Source: Chrysomallon squamiferum
Taxonomy: Eukaryota > Animalia > Mollusca
Direction: 5' to 3'
DNA length: 64,000 nucleotides
Assembly: GCA_012295275.1 (NCBI GenBank)
Contig: CM022665.1
Coordinates: 43,090,001 to 43,154,000, forward strand
This document shows, piece after piece, positions 11,859-24,422 of this stretch. The notes beneath the pieces are model-generated. The model saw only the letters and a program-made list of their open reading frames with translations, did not search any database and had not been told where the DNA came from. How positions within the stretch are numbered: position 1 is the stretch's first letter; the number at the start of each line of letters is the position of its first letter. The position numbers and the translations under genes were made by a program.

Positions 11859-13294
11859 ATTTCCCGTGTGGAGTTTCCTATCCCGCGAACCCCATACACA
11901 CGAGCATGTTAGCGTACGCCCGATCTCTTTCCGCTAGGACGATTCCAAATCTCAACGTACATTTGCCTGATTTGGCTTCGGATCAAATTTCTGCTCGGCG
12001 CGCGTCTTGCAGCCCTCGCCGAGTCTGTGGATCGCGATGAGAGAGAGAACCGTTACGTATCACACTGACATCGCTCAAGGCCAAAGGCTATCCAGCATAT
12101 ATTATCGAATTAAACACTCCATTGACAGGAGGGGGATCGTGGAATTAGTAACATTAAAGATCAATACTCGCAAAATGTCTGGCTAAAGACAGGCTAGGTT
12201 CCTTCTCGTGTCGGAACCACACAGGACAGTGGAAGAAACACATTAAATCTTTTGTATTAAGAATCGCTAATTGGAACCTTGGTGAAAGAAAACGTACAAA
12301 GGGAGAAAGAGACCGAAGCGCGAAGACTCTTGGAAATGTTTCAGACAAGACTAATTATCTGGAATTAATACGCTGATATAACATAACATGATCAGTTATA
12401 CGGATACTGTGCTTATTTAATAGTGACTGGACATGTGAAATACTTTAATTTTTATTAATAATATTAATTATTATTACTATTATTATTTAATTCCGAAAGA
12501 CATATTATTATTATTATTTATTTTTTCTTTTCTTTTTTTTTTTAATTCCGAAAGACACACACACACACACACACACATACACACATATATGCACATACAC
12601 ACGCACACATATATAGCCTAGAGAGAGAGATTTTTTTCCAAAACGATTTACGTTTAAACTATTTTCACCTCGTCCATACTATTACCAAGGATATTTATTT
12701 ATTATATATATAAATGAATGTCTTGAATATAATAAAGGAATTTAAAATTTACAGAGGTATATTCTTCAGTCAAACCATGCATTAGCTTTTAACCTTCAGT
12801 AATGTTCGAGCGTGAACTTCCTTCCTCACGGAAAAATTATTGCTATTGGTTAGCAGTATTTAACGCGAATTTTCATTAGTAACATAAATTATTTTAAGTA
12901 TACTCATGGTATGCTTTCATACCTAACGTTTGCTTGTGGAGATTGCGTTAAGTTATTTATACGAGTCAATTGTGTAGCCAAATTAGCCGAGACGCAGGCG
13001 GTAAGTTAGTACTGTGGCAGACGTTCGACTCTTATTTAACTGGGAGACACACCAATTAAAAACAGGTGGCATGAACGAAGTGCTGCAGTTATCAGTGGTC
13101 TGGGAGAAATAACAGTGATTTTTACACTGTTAGAGAATTCAATTAATTCGTATTTTGTAAACGGATTTGTTTCGTAAAGAAATCAAGAGTATCATTTATT
13201 TTCCTATGAAAATACGTAACAGAGAAATAAAATGTTGTTATATATAGATTATAGGAATAAATTTAATTAAATAAATAAATAAATAAATAAATAA

Positions 13295-13328
<34 letters not shown>

Positions 13329-13672
13329 CAAAAACAAACAATCACAACGATAGTAATAATAAAAACATTTCCAGTTGACTAGTAATGATCCAAGGGGAAC
13401 TACTCTCGCAGACTTACTACTAATCCTTCGTGCAAAACTCGGTAACGAGTGTTATTAACAAATTACGCTGTTAAGACGACAAACTGAATGACAGCACTCT
13501 AAACTTAGCAAGCACTGACCACACTAAAAGAATTCTGCTGTGGGACTGATAATTATGCCCAAGGCACATTTAGTGGTAGAAAATCTAGTGATACTTCAGA
13601 GCCTTCTTGCTTGGGATATTAGTAGTCACACACACACACAGATTAAATTCCTTAATTATATTCAAGACATTC

Positions 13673-13710
<38 letters not shown>

Positions 13711-14430
13711 TAAAATGTTAAAAAAATAAATAATCGATCTTCTTTTAAATTGCATTTAATAATAATAATAATAATAATAATACACACACAGATGGACAGA
13801 CACACACACACAAGTTACACAAAAGTAATTGGCCTTTTTGTATACTTTTAAAATAACAAATTACTTGTAGGTTTACATAATGAAAAATGGAAAATTTCTT
13901 TAACAATTTATCTCTGTGAAACAATTATCACCAGTGGAATATTTCAGGCATTATTTATAACACTAAAAAAACAAAAACAAACACAGGTTAATGTATGAAA
14001 AAATATATTGCAATTTAAAGAAAATGACAACTATTGTAAAGAATAGAATGTATGCAAATATTTTAAAATTGTCAAAAACAATTAAAATTAATTTTAACCA
14101 AGGTCTAAAACAACAACAAAGAGAAAAAATAGGAAAAAAGCTACCAATAATTAAATTTTTGGTAATCTATATCATCAGCAACTACAACAAAATATTTTCA
14201 TCGTGCTACAGATTTCTTCAGAAAGCTAGAAAAAAATTGCTTTAATTGTTCTTAAGCTTGGAAAGCAGTTGCTCAGCATGACCTAGAGGTTAAACCTTCG
14301 TTATTAAATGTGTAATTATTTATGTAATTTTCAACAAAAGTTATTTTAGCACAAAAATCTGGAAGTAAACAATTGTAATAATAAATGACCAGTCAACACT
14401 GAAGTAAAAAACGTAACCAGCTGATATGTT

Positions 14431-15369
14431 TTAAACCCGTGAAAAGACATATGTATCATCGAGTTGACAATGGTCCAGTCCAAGTCCACCAAACATAACT
14501 ATTCTCTGACCACAAGCAGCTGCTGGAAAGGATCCCCTAGCCGGTGGAATAATGTCGCCACCCAGAGGCACTTCAGTCCACCCCCCACAGGTGTCTGTGT
14601 TATAAACGTACACGTCTCTGGAAAATTCACTGATACCACTATTCCGACCGGACTGATCAGTTTGACCAAAAAACACAAATATTTTTTTCCCAATGACGGC
14701 AATTCCAAAGAATGCTCGTGGGGGTAGTGGCGGGTGTGCATCCACTTGACTCCACTTGCCAGACTCCACGTCAAATTTGAACATATCTCCCAAATTCTTG
14801 CCACCACACAAGCCACCTACGACATAAAGAGTGTCATCAACAGCTATGAACCCTGTTCCAGTTCGACCTTTGATTTCGTTTGATGAAGCTAACTTTGTCC
14901 ATGTGTTCGACACTGTGTCGAAACTGTACAAATCGTTCAGACGACCAAACTCACTGCAACCACCAAAAACATAAATGGTATTTTTGATAGAAGTCATGGA
15001 ATGAAGGTAACGAGGTAATGGTGGATTTCCATTGGTTCTGATCTGGTACCATGTGTTGTTCTTCAAGTCAAGCACGTGCAAATCATTTAACACTGTCCCA
15101 CCTAGCTGAACTCCAGTTCTCCCTCCAAAAATGTACAGCCGGTTACCAATAGTTGTGGAGCAGCTGCCAGTACGTGGAACTGGTGGAGTTCCGTCTGGTA
15201 TAACCTTTGACCAGTGTTTTGTCTCTAAGTCAAGACAGTTGATAGTGTTGCCTACTGGTACTCGTGGAGTGTGTTCCCCTCCGAACACGTACACCTTGTC
15301 ACCAATCACCTCTAAGCTGTGACCACTTCTCTCAAAGGGAATTGCACCTGATGCCACGATGCGAGTAAA
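14431..15369 (-). CDS. Kelch gene main exon (312 codons plus stop)
   Basis: Uninterrupted ORF with repeated Kelch motifs; splice acceptor at 15370-15371. Confidence 0.93.
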   Translation of the reverse strand, partial: FTRIVASGAIPFERSGHSLEVIGDKVYVFGGEHTPRVPVGNTINCLDLETKHWSKVIPDGTPPVPRTGSCSTTIGNRLYIFGGRTGVQLGGTVLNDLHVLDLKNNTWYQIRTNGNPPLPRYLHSMTSIKNTIYVFGGCSEFGRLNDLYSFDTVSNTWTKLASSNEIKGRTGTGFIAVDDTLYVVGGLCGGKNLGDMFKFDVESGKWSQVDAHPPLPPRAFFGIAVIGKKIFVFFGQTDQSGRNSGISEFSRDVYVYNTDTCGGWTEVPLGGDIIPPARGSFPAAACGQRIVMFGGLGLDHCQLDDTYVFSRV

Positions 15370-16224
15370 CTGAAATGAAGATAGAATGATTATATTTCAA
15401 TGAATCCGATTTGTTAAGGCAGTGGTAGTAAACTCCATGAAAGTAAATACTCACAATGCATTTCATAATGTAAAACTGAAATAAAGTATAATAAGGATTA
15501 TGAAAGTTAATGTTAAAGCCAGTTAACTGTGTATCTGACAGGATACCAAAAACTACTGTCAGGATTAGCAAATATACAGTTAGTCTAATCAGTATTTTTT
15601 ATTTCTTAACTCAGTGTTGATGATTCTTTATTCTAAATATGATGGGAATGAAAGATTATAATTTTTATTATTATTAGGGGGTTTTTTTTCCTTTTTAAAA
15701 AAAAAAATATTTCTATTTTTATTATTGTTGTTGTTAATGTTATTATTAGATTTTTCTTTCCTTTTCTTTATTTTCATAACTGAACAAAATTCTTATCAGT
15801 ATCAGCTAGATGTAAACTATCTGAATTTCCATACATTATTCTGTTTACAGAATAATTCATAGAGTTTAAATTATGAGTCATTGTGTCTATTCAGTCAAAC
15901 AACAATTCTGTCACACACTGTAATATACCAGCAGTCCAGCTGAACAGTACTTTTTATACAGTGTTGTTCTGATAGACATTAGCACACAACAATCTGATAG
16001 AAAACACCGTAATAATTGTACAGGTGTCACACTCTGCTTTAAAATTCACCCAAGTTAAAATCAGTAACAATAATTTTTAGTTAAATGGTACTTCACAAAC
16101 TAAAAAAAAAGTACAGCATTAATAATGTTTAAGGTTGTTTCTGAATATAATTGAAAAATACACTGAAATTTCATGTTATAAATTACGTTTGCATTCCTGA
16201 TGCTGTGTGTGTTTGTGTAAATTA

Positions 16225-16256
<32 letters not shown>

Positions 16257-17777
16257 GCAAACACATACATAGAGATCCTTATGTGTTAGACACTAACAGC
16301 CATAAAAGAAAAGTTATAGTTACATTTTAAAAAAAATTATATTTATTTCTGAATTTTATTAACAGTATTAAATTACTGTATAAGCACAATAATGAAAACA
16401 ATAATTTAAAGATACTTTCAGCCACAACAGATTAAAAAAATAAAAATGATCCAATTAAAAATTCTGAAATTATTAACTGCAAGGATTACTTCTTGTATAT
16501 AATAAACATTGCTCTAAGAAGAAAAAATATTTAAACACAAACATACACACATTTGTAAATTTATTAAAATTACATTTCAATTTTTTTTAAAGTTAAAAAT
16601 ATATATTATATATTTTATTTAATGAAATATATCTTTGCAGATTGTTAAAATAAAAATAAAATAAATATTCCTTTTGTTTAAGTATTAACATCTGCAAATA
16701 TTTATATATATATTTAACACCGTATTAAATATCTTTATTAAACCAACAAATTAACGACTTCAAAAGCCATTCTTATTTTGTTCATGGCAGTTATCAGTAT
16801 GTTTCATAAAGATTTTCAATAGAAAATATTTTTTATTTAAAAAAATAAAGTAACTTCAATATACTGTTATTGCTTCATGTGACGCTCAATATGTAAAACA
16901 GTTTGTGTAGTAGAGGTTTTTATTGGTTTGCTTTCAGATACGTAACAAATATATCGGCTTACTGTAAAACTTATTCAACTTATTTCGAAGCTACAATCAA
17001 ATTACATGTACTTCCTGTGATTATAAAAGTATTATTCATTTTATATTACTTTAATTATTTCTTCTGTTGCCACTTTTTATTTGATCACATCCTGCCCCTA
17101 ACTTCTGAATCTGTTTACGCCACTGGAACACAAATAAATAATTATTCTCTACGCCAACTCGTAACAACGCGATGTCTCCACGCTGTTCTGGATACGCCCC
17201 TGGGAAACGCGTTACATAAATATAGCTGTGTGACACTATGATGCAGAAAGCATTTACTCTTTTTCCTACATCCTCGTTAATCAAATTGCAAGAAAACTGT
17301 AATATTGTCAAACTGTGAATCGTGCTTGATATCACGAACTAAACAACTCCAAGCTTTCATGTTCCGTATAGTTCGTAGAAAGTGGTGTACGTGCGTTCCA
17401 GCACGTCTGTTCGTCTGATTAATTTTTTTAAATAAAGAAATAACCAAGAACAATGCAACGTCAAATACGGGAATATTTATTCAAGTTGTTATAACTACAC
17501 AAAACTATTAGATAAATATATATGTATATTTTATATTTGGTTTCATTTTCAGATTAACTTAACTGCAGTTACTGAGTTATCGCACGTACTTCGGTAAGAA
17601 ACGTAAGCTTACAAATGGCAGTCTTGGAATTGGACAGTCAAACAGTGTCAGAAACACAGATAAACTATGCTTTGCTACATATCATTATGAATGAAAATAA
17701 AGAAATAATATAATAACGAATCCAGATTATTACATTTTATACACAACGGAGTCTAAACTACCTACCTTGTACGACAT
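14431..17777 (-). CDS. Kelch-repeat beta-propeller protein, nitrile-specifier-protein (NSP/ESP)-like, 316 aa, 2 coding exons
   Basis: Exon 1 is 17766-17777 (ATG TCG TAC AAG|gtaggt, MSYK). Exon 2 is 14431-15369 (tttcag|TTT ACT CGC ATC GTG..., phase 0). Six Kelch blades show R-x-x-H-type starts and YVFGG...DL...W motifs; GGEHTPRVP, PRYLHSM and GRLNDL resemble the specifier-protein family. Confidence 0.85.
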
Positions 17778-20700
17778 GCTGTGTTCTGGAATTGTAAACA
17801 CGTCGTCGAGTTTCGGTCGGTGTTGAACAGTTGATGTGCTCTCAGTCCCGCGTCAGATCGGAAAGCAGCAGATAACGCGGACCGGTATCGATCACTTTAA
17901 AAAACGGCTAGGATATTAAGGGTTGTGGGCCTTTTGAACAGTGACATAAACAGACAGGATTGTACTGTGACACTGGCACTATTTCCTGTCACTTCACTTG
18001 ATGTCCTAACACAAGAGAAAAGCGGTACGCAAGGGCGAATTTGGAGGGTTATCTTGTAAAAATTTCTCGATATAAAAATGTTTATAAATACTTAACATGC
18101 AAATAATATGTTCCTCTAAGCTTAACTTAAACTGAACTTTAGGACGTCCCCTTTAATATTTTGTTTTTTTTCCGTATAGTGTATAAGGAAATACTAAGCT
18201 CACACTAGAAACTTAAGTACTGAAATCTAGAATGAGATTTTATATTTAAAATTAAAACTGACTTATAAACACATTAAAATTAGCGGGAACAAACAAGTGA
18301 CATCTTTTTAATTTAATTTATAATTTCATTATGTTGCCAGAAGAACTTTAATGAAAAATAAATAAAATTTATTTATTTAAAATTGTTTTTATCTTTATTA
18401 ATTTAATTGAAAAATTCTTTATTGATGGGTAAAATTTATTATTTGCATTTGGTTATCTTGTCTATTTTTTCTTCTTTTTTTTTAAACCAAGATAATCAAG
18501 GCCTTGAGCATATAAAAACAAATATTAATTTATTTTATATGGGTATAAGCAAATTTATTCTTGATCAAAATATATAAAACAAAATGATTTCTTTTATATC
18601 AAATTTTTAATAACTAGATAATGGGCCTATAATTTTCATAACCTGAGACCTCACATTTCAAAATAACTAGAATTTTGTGAATGTGATCAGAATGAAATAA
18701 TAATCTTAATCCCATTATCATCTTTACTAAATAGTTTTGATAGATTTTACTGTTTTATCTTTAAATGTATAATTTGGTGATGGTTACAAATTGTTTTTTT
18801 TAATTATGAAATTTTTTCTAATAATGCAGTAGAATGAAAATCTATGGCAATGTATGAAGAATAATATTTTATTGTTACATCATTTTATGTACATACTAAT
18901 TATAGACCAAGTAAATCTTTGTAAAGTTCCCAAATCCTCAGTCTTTCAAATTATCTTTTTATTTTTTATTTAATTATTTTTTTAAATTCATTTATTTTAT
19001 TATTATATTTAAGTGAAATGTCTTTTTCAACTCAGTTCATGTTAAATTTTTGTACTTTATTTTTTTTTAGATACCAGCAGAACAAAGTTTGCTAGAAGAA
19101 AAAAATTGTGAAAATATATTTAGATAATTTTCATTAAATAAAGTCTTAAATTAAAAAAACAAAACAAAAATAAAACATAACCTATTATCTATTAATTGAT
19201 TATCAATGCATAAAACTAAATCATGAACTGAGTAAAGAATTCTAGATTCAAAATGAGCCACAATTCATAACTTGGAAGTGTAATGTTAATTCTAAACACA
19301 ATATTTTATTAGACGCTATTTACCATACACGAATGTAAAATTTTACATGTATATTTTTTTGCAGTCTTTTAATTTATTTTTATAAATCGCAGAAAAAAAG
19401 TAAAATAAAATAACAAACCCACTGGAAACATTATTTACTTTATTAATTTACAAAAAGATGATCACACAGACATAACCTAATGCAAATATGTACACAAAAC
19501 AAGTTGGCAAGCAATAATTTAACACGGATTAAAATTTCCAAATCGTGAAACAGTTAGACATTTTAAACATTTTTGTGTCTTCCCATTTTCATTAACCAAT
19601 TTTTTTAATGTTACTTGTTTACATTCAGTGTTAAAGTACAAATAAGTAATGTAGCCTGATGGCAGGTTGTGTTACTATGTCAAGAATATGAAGGTGAACT
19701 TGTATTTAATTTTGTGTTAATCATCACGTTTTAATATAAATTTTCACATCAACATAGTAACACAAGAGGTGTTTTTAAAAGTATTCATTGTCCTGACAAA
19801 AAATAATTAAGGATTAATATAGTTTGTTCATTCTCTTGCATAATGGCTTTATTTACTCTTCAAAAAAGAATTCTCACAGAAAGAAGAAATTATTTCAGTG
19901 CTAGCTTTATACTGTAGGATAAAATTACAGATTAAAATAATATTAATAAGATATTTTTCTATAGTAACTTATTAATATATTTCTATTTTACACTGTCATT
20001 GTTAAAGAGGAATACAAAAAAGATCTATAAATAATTTTTAAAAATTTACAATCTGTGAATCTGTGAGTAGTATAACAAATTAATCCGAAAAAACAAAGCT
20101 GAGCTTTATGTTTTGATCCATATACGGAAAATCATTAACCAAAATATATTAAATTATTTTAAGAGAGAAAAAAAAAAACAAGAATGAAATTACAAAAGAA
20201 AATAGTAGGAAATGTAAATATTTTATTTATATTTTTCTTTGTATCTGAATACAAGACTACAAATGTAGGTACATCTTAAATTTGAATTCTAAATTGTTAC
20301 TTAATTTATTTATATATTTAAAATTTATTTTTATAAGTGCCAGGTGTAATAGAAAAGGTGGGGTGAATTTGCTTTGTTATGCATAACTAGCTACACTATT
20401 ATCTAAACTGCAATAAAATTTATTATTTTTAAATTGTTATTTACTCTATGTTAACTAAATGTCAAACTGAATGCAGCCTAAACTCTGCAAAAATAAAAGT
20501 GCAGTCTTGGATTTCTATGTTATAAAACAACTGATATTAAATTTAATTCTCTGATATTTAATGGACATCTATTGTGTAACAAGTTTGGGGAAACTTGTTT
20601 TAAAATCTACATAAAACTCTAGTTAAATATTTCAGTCAAACGTAATATGTCAGAGAAAAATACATTTACGAAACAAAGATTCTGTGTTTGTTAGAAACAA

Positions 20701-23700
20701 AATAACTAACATGTAAATTTACTTATTAATTATCATTACTTTTAACAAAAACAGGAGAAAAATTCAATTAAAAGGCAAAATTTATGATACAAGATTTATA
20801 GGCTCCAACAGATTTAAATTTAACAAAATTATCTATATATTAAAAATCTGATTGAAATATATCTTTAAACAAAACAAGTAACTCTAAAATTTCATTTTTT
20901 TAAATTAAGCAAGGAAACAAAATGTTTATTTAATTTATGAAAAAATAAAATATTACAGAACAAAAAAAACAAAACAATTCTGTGACATATTGCTAATAGT
21001 AAACACTGAAAACTATGAATGTATTAATAAATTTAACTGAATGTACTTGTGCACAGCACCTATACATTTTCCTTTATATGGAATTAAATAATTTGTTGTT
21101 TCTGTATATCTCCATAGCCTTTTTCACAGAATAGAGAATTCTCCCTCATATCACATAAACATAGTGGCAGTATGTGCAATTTTAAACAATACACTGAAAT
21201 ACACATTATAAAGCTGTGGTCAGAGCTGACATCTGACCATGTCAAGTACTTCAAATGAGATCAAAATATACATAAATTCATCTATATATAATAATAAAAA
21301 TTTCCTTTTTGTAAAATCATTATTTCCTTTAAAAGTAATTCTTCTTTCTGTATATCTATCAATATTTTTTATTTATGAAAAACAATATTTTGAAAAGCTA
21401 TAAGAAACAACGAAAACAAAAATAAAAATAAAATAAATAAATAACTGAACATTTATTACAAAATATAGAAAAATATAATTTACTTTAATTTACCACTTAC
21501 ACAAACCCCCCCCCCAACAATATATATAAAAAGATGTGAAAATAAAAAGAAAATATTATTGAAAGTTAATTTTAAACAAATAATTAACTTAAGAAATAAA
21601 AGTGCATGTAACTGTAGGTGCTTATATGACTTTTAAACTATTATTCTATGCATCTTACATCATTTACAGGCACTGACACTAACATTGTTTAAAATTTAAT
21701 TTTTGTAATTTGGCAATAATTTTTATTTAAAAAGACATCTAAATTTATAATAAACAAAATTTAAAAAATAAGAAAATTAACCAAAACAATAACCCATACA
21801 AGTAAGTAAATAAATAAATATATAACGAATTGGTAATAACATTTTTAATTAATAAACAACAAATAAAACCTACAAAACCCCAGACATTTCATACTGGGAT
21901 AGATCCCTTTTTCAGAATACTCTGACAAATAACTTACAAGAAACTCTCTCTTTCTGATTTACAACATGCTAAAACATATCACAACATTTTATAAATAGTA
22001 AACATTATCATCTACTCTCATCACTTCCCATTTTACTTACTTTTGTTTTTAACTACATTCTTTTCTTGATGAAGAATTAAAATAAAAATAAATAAAAAAC
22101 AAAAATAACAACCAACAATCGTCAAATAATGATATTGTATGACATGATTTCCCCACATTACTTTTTTTTTTTTTTTTTTTTTTTAAACATGAAAAATAGA
22201 TAAATAAATAAATAATGAAAGAAAAAGAAAAAAAAATCAGCTGTTTCATGTAAAAGAATACTTGTTAACTTTTTTTTTTATAGAAGTTGAATTGTCAAAA
22301 CTTTTTGTATATGAAAATAATTAACTCCTTTAAAACACAGCATTTTTCATTTCATTTCCTAAGGAATATAAACATTTATTCCTGATCTAAATGTTTGTTT
22401 AAAATGAAATTCAATTTGAACAAATGAAGAAACTAAATAATATTAAAAGAAAAGAAAAAGGAAATATAATATTTCCAATGTTTTTAATAGTGATATGCTT
22501 CTTGTTTTATATATATATAAAAAAAAATTAAATTATGATAAAAGGGGAGATTATTCATCTGATAATGCATAGTTTTAATTATTTTAAAGCGGGGAAATTG
22601 TACAGAAAGTACCCTAATCTACATTTGTCAAGATAACAGAAAAGTGATATCAACTTCACTGTAAACCTTGAGAGAAAACAGTCACTTCAGTTTGCTTTCT
22701 AAAAGAAAAACATGTCTAATATTCGAGTCATCTATTCTAATTCTCAAAGTTCTAACTTCAAAAGATATAAATCCAAAGGATGGCTTTTATTTATTTTATC
22801 CTTTTTATTTAAATTTCATCTAAACCATAAAATTCAGTTGTTTATCACAGACAAGCATTCTAAATTTGATTCAAAACCTCCCCACACCCAATTCCTTACC
22901 ATACTGAAATCAGCACAGTTCCTACCTTATACGATGGATGGACTAAATTAATGGAAGCAGAGTAGATAATGTTTTACATTTATATTTATATATTACATGC
23001 TACAATTATAAAGGTCTATACATATATATTCATTATTACAAGGACATAAATGTAATTTCAAATGAATGGATAATAAAACTATTTACAAATCTCTGTTTTT
23101 AATTTTTATTTCCCATTTCTATATGCTGCCAAATGAATCTTTCATCTTCACAATCTTATAATTTCTTGCATTTAAAAAAATCACAAAGTTACAGATCATT
23201 AATTTCATTACTGCTAACTGCTAACCATCCAAATATAACTTGGACATGTTTACAGATTAAACAGATATTGCACAATCTGTGAACAACAAGAAGATCTTTA
23301 ATATCAATTAGCAGGATATTTAAATGTACAAATTTTTCATTAAAAATAATTGCATAGAAGCCAATGATATAAAATGGAAAGACTGAATAATAATAATAAT
23401 AATAATAAAAAAAACCTGACCTATAAGAAAAATTAGCCTCCATGATAATTAAGATAATAAATTATTTTTAATTTTTTTTTTTTATTAATGAAAACTTTGT
23501 AAAAATTTCAATACAAATTCTTCTAATGTATTTAAATTAACACAGAACATTTTATCAAGGCAAAAATTTTTTAAAAATTCATTGAAGAAACAGGAAATAA
23601 AATGATCTAGTCTTGTTCTAGAATAGTATTTTTCTAGTTTTACAAATTTACTGGTTAGGTGAATCCACTGAATAGTATTTTTCTAGGTTAACAGTTTAGA

Positions 23701-24275
23701 TGTATCCAGCAGTCTGATAGAAAAACTGTGGACGGATGAGATTTTAACAAATCTTTCTAGATTAAATTTTTTTTTTAATATTTAACTAATCTAGTAAGAA
23801 ACATTAATGTAGATATTAAAGCAAGATATGTTAAAAAATAATTATTCAATTGTCACTGTTAATAGTTTATCTAATATTGTTTAAAATGAGATTAATGATG
23901 AAGGATTTTGCTCTACTTCTAAATCATATTTTTATTTTAGAAAAAGTATGAAAATTTCATTTATTTTTTTATGAAAATCGTCTAAAAATGTCATTATTAA
24001 AAAAAAAAAAAAATTTTTATTACTGACTTTTTTCCAAGATAAGTTAAAATCAGTTTAAGAAAAGGATCATTATCAAAGCAAAAAATGGGTCCAGAAATGT
24101 TAACAACACACTGATATAATCTGTTATTGCACAAGATATGCAAGTTACCTATCATTTGCGGATTAGGTTAATGAGGTAATAATTACAAATGACATCTGAT
24201 TTCTGGTGACTGAAGACAACAGAAATGGATCCCAGAAAGAAAGTGTTACTGAGGGTGAGAAACAACCGTGTAAAT

Positions 24276-24422
24276 TCAGATGTACAGAGTGCCATGGTGG
24301 CTACTTCCATCGCCAATATCCAGCTCAAAGTCTTCATGCATCTGCAGCTGACTCATGGATGACGTTGCCATGGCAATGTCTGGCATGGTGTCACTCAAGA
24401 CACTTTCACCGCTGGCTTCATT
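24276..24422 (-). CDS. BTBD7: BTBD7 terminal coding exon
   Basis: ttgcag|NEASGESVLSDTMPDIAMATSSMSQLQMHEDFELDIGDGSSHHGTLYI*. Confidence 0.82.
   Translation of the reverse strand, partial: NEASGESVLSDTMPDIAMATSSMSQLQMHEDFELDIGDGSSHHGTLYI

Noticed and set aside
15355-15357. GTG start for the Kelch ORF
   Set aside because: An acceptor at 15370 and an in-phase ATG exon at 17766-17777 give a conventional start.
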